Source: Macrostomum hystrix (Eukaryota > Animalia > Platyhelminthes). From it: a stretch of 64,000 nucleotides of DNA. This document shows positions 61,573 through 64,000 of this stretch, one piece after another; position 1 is the first letter of the stretch, and every line of letters starts with the position of its first letter. Under the pieces are notes generated by a model. The model saw only the letters and a list, made by a program, of their open reading frames with translations, had not been told where the DNA came from and did no database searches. The position numbers and the translations under genes are program-made. The stretch spans positions 2,170,001-2,234,000 of the forward strand of contig CATNEN010000025.1 in assembly GCA_950097015.1 (NCBI GenBank), written 5' to 3'.

Positions 61573-62214
61573 TTATTTCTTATCTTTTTCCTGGTCATCT
61601 GGAACTTGCTGCTTCTGCTTCTGTTTCTTTGCCAAATTGGTCACGCGGGAAAGCTCGCTAGAAATGCGGAGCAGGTTGGCCTTCTCAAACACACAGTGCT
61701 CACACACAGCCGCCAGCTTTTGCTCCTGCTCTTTCATGAGTTTCTTGCGCAACTGTCTCTTACCGGCGCCCCCGCACATGCACACATCTCCGCCAACAAC
61801 AATAGCCGGGTCCAGAGCGAACAGCTCGCCGGAGTCTTCGATCACAACCATCCGACGGCGGATCACGTGATCGCTGCCTCTAGCCGAGTCTGGAACTTGA
61901 ACATCGCTTGGCTTGATCCTACCCGGATACTCGGCTGGTGCTTCAATGGAGCTGGAGGCTAGATCGATGAACGACTCAATGATGGTCACCAAGCTCTTCA
62001 ATGACCGGCCAGGTGGTAGGTTTTTCTGCTGATAGCCGCGCTTGACGAATTCGTATTTGGCTCGCAGCCTGTGCAGCTGGCCAACAAAGGTGTAGAAATT
62101 ATTATCATAGTCTTCGCACAGTTGGAACTGGCTCGGTATCTTGGTGTTGGCCCCTCTTGCCTGCTTCGGCTCAGCGTCAATGGCACAGTTGGTCATGTGT
62201 GTGTTCGCGTGTGC
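61573..62214 (-). CDS. Hypothetical protein (~207 aa from ATG at 62196; could be the last exon of a longer gene)
   Basis: Non-repetitive, GC3-rich open frame with exon-like codon usage, bounded by AT-rich flanks. A possible CAG acceptor lies just 5' of 62214. No family recognised. Confidence 0.55.
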   Translation of the reverse strand, partial: AHANTHMTNCAIDAEPKQARGANTKIPSQFQLCEDYDNNFYTFVGQLHRLRAKYEFVKRGYQQKNLPPGRSLKSLVTIIESFIDLASSSIEAPAEYPGRIKPSDVQVPDSARGSDHVIRRRMVVIEDSGELFALDPAIVVGGDVCMCGGAGKRQLRKKLMKEQEQKLAAVCEHCVFEKANLLRISSELSRVTNLAKKQKQKQQVPDDQEKDKK

Positions 62215-62506
62215 CTGCTTGATTTCCAATGGATTTCTTATACTTTTTAGGTACAATGGCGGACGCCTTCTAGTAGCGATAAATACATTAACTAAACTAG
62301 CTGAGCTAAATGCTCAAACTTTTCTGCGCTTTGGCCTTTATTGCGTGAAGTGCTATGCTGTCTATGGTAGCAGTGAGCTCACGGAAACTAGTGAACTCTA
62401 GCTGTTAATTCTAATCAATAGTCTGATAATCTATTTTAAAACTTTAGCGTTTGAAATTAGTCAAACCGAGAAGATTTTACCACCCATTCTACCCATTCCG
62501 GTGACC

Positions 62507-62610
62507 CTGAGCACACACGCTTACGAGTCGCACACTCGCACAGGTGTATACATCTGCCTGGCTTTCTTATTTTCAGGCAGAGAACATTCTCACTGGGTCT
62601 TGGCTGTTGG
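62507..62610 (-). mobile_element. Family B SINE 3' fragment
   Basis: CCTGAGCACACAC...TACATCTGCC...CAGGCAG...TCACTGGGTCTTGGCTGTTGGCCC resembles the family B body. No tRNA head. Confidence 0.45.
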
Positions 62611-62655
62611 CCCACATTCGCCCTTGGGAGCGAGAGTCAGACGGGTTACCGTTTA

Positions 62656-64000
62656 TCTCTCCCCTCCTCTCCGTCTCTCCCCTCCTCTCCGTCTCTCCCC
62701 TCCTCTCCGTCTCTCCCCTCCTCTCCGTCTCTCCCCTCCTCTCCGTCTCTCCCCTCCTCTCCGTCTCTCCCCTCCTCTCCGTCTCTCCCCTCCTCTCCGT
62801 CTCTCCCTTCCTCTCCGTCTCACCCTTCCTCTCCGTCTCACCCTTCCTCTCCGGCTCTCCCCTCCTCTCCGTCTCTCCCCTCCTCTCCGTCTCTCCCCTC
62901 CTCTCCGTCTCTCCCCTCCTCTCCGTCTCTCCCTTCCTCTCCGACTCACCCTTCCTCTCCGTCTCACCCTTCCTCTCCGGCTCTCCCCTCCTCTCCGTCT
63001 CTCCCCTCCTCTCCGTCTCTCCCCTCCTCTCCGTCTCTCCCCTCCTCTCCGTCTCTCCCTTCCTCTCCGTCTCACCCTTCCTCTCCGCCTCACCCTTCCT
63101 CTCCGGCTCTCCCCTACTCTCCGGCTCTCCCCTCCTCTCCGTCTCTCCCCTCCTCTCCGTCTCTCCCCTCCTCTCCGTCTCACCCTTCCTCTCCGTCTCA
63201 CCCTTCCTCTCAATCTCTCCCCTCCTCTCCATCTCTCCCTTCCTCTCCGTTTCACCCTTCCTCTCCGTCTCTCCCCTACTCTCCGTCTCTCCCTTCCTCT
63301 CCGTCTCTCCCTTCCTCTCCGCCTCACCCTTCCTCTCCGGCTCTCCCCTCCTCTCCGTCTCTCCCCTACTCTCCGTCTCTCCCTTCCTCTCCGTCTCTCC
63401 CTTCCTCTCCGCCTCACCCTTCCTCTCCGTCTCTCCCCTCCTCTCCGTCTCTCCCTTCCTCTCCGTCTCAACCTTCCTCTCCGTCTCACCCTTCCTCTCC
63501 GGCTCTCCCCTCCTCTCCGTCTCTCCCCTCCTCTCCGTCTCTCCCCTCCTCTCCGTCTCACCCTTCCTCTCCGTCTCACCCTTCCTCTCAATCTCTCCCC
63601 TCCTCTCCATCTCTCCCTTCCTCTCCGGCTCTCCCCTACTCTCCGGCTCTCCCCTCCTCTCCGTCTCTCCCCTCCTCTCCGTCTCTCCCCTCCTCTCCGT
63701 CTCACCCTTCCTCTCCGTCTCACCCTTCCTCTCCGTCTCACCCTTCCTCTCAATCTCTCCCCTCCTCTCCATCTCTCCCTTCCTCTCCGTTTCACCCTTC
63801 CTCTCCGTCTCTCCCCTACTCTCCGTCTCTCCCTTCCTCTCCGTCTCTCCCTTCCTCTCCGCCTCACCCTTCCTCTCCGGCTCTCCCCTCCTCTCCGTCT
63901 CTCCCCTACTCTCCGTCTCTCCCTTCCTCTCCGTCTCTCCCTTCCTCTCCGCCTCACCCTTCCTCTCCGTCTCTCCCCTCCTCTCAATCTCTCCCCTCCT
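62656..64000. repeat. 18-bp pyrimidine minisatellite (TCTCCCCTCCTCTCCGTC), runs off the window
   Basis: Visible. Confidence 0.96.

Noticed and set aside
62573-63987. ERRGET / RRRG ORFs
   Set aside because: Translations of the 18-bp pyrimidine array.

Overview
Eukaryotic (metazoan) genomic DNA with no prokaryotic features. By my hand estimate, about half of the window (~33 kb) is tandem repeats: some 30 unrelated mini/microsatellite arrays, mostly in introns and 3' flanks. GC-rich exons, polyQ/polyG tracts and minisatellite-filled introns resemble free-living flatworm (Macrostomum-type) assemblies, but that is inference only. Five protein-coding loci were reconstructed by hand using splice phases: (1) + strand EVA-1/EVA1C-like protein with 2 SUEL lectin domains and a TM segment (first exon not found); (2) + strand type I membrane protein with signal peptide, 3-4 TSP1 repeats, 2 Ig-like domains and a TM segment; (3) + strand CNBD1/2-like protein with two cyclic-nucleotide-binding domains; (4) - strand PP2A B56 regulatory subunit; (5) - strand orphan ORF. 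Also present are a full-length DD34D mariner with unusually long 200-bp TIRs and two tRNA-derived SINE families, one with a CORE-like domain. The most interesting signals are a 16-nt repeat core placed in competing inverted orientations around an exon and across a 13.9-kb intron, the long-TIR mariner, the TSR-Ig-Ig-TM protein whose frame seems to need a repeat-derived micro-exon, and minisatellites seeded from SINE ends or fold-back palindromes. Most long ORFs in the supplied track are repeat artefacts.
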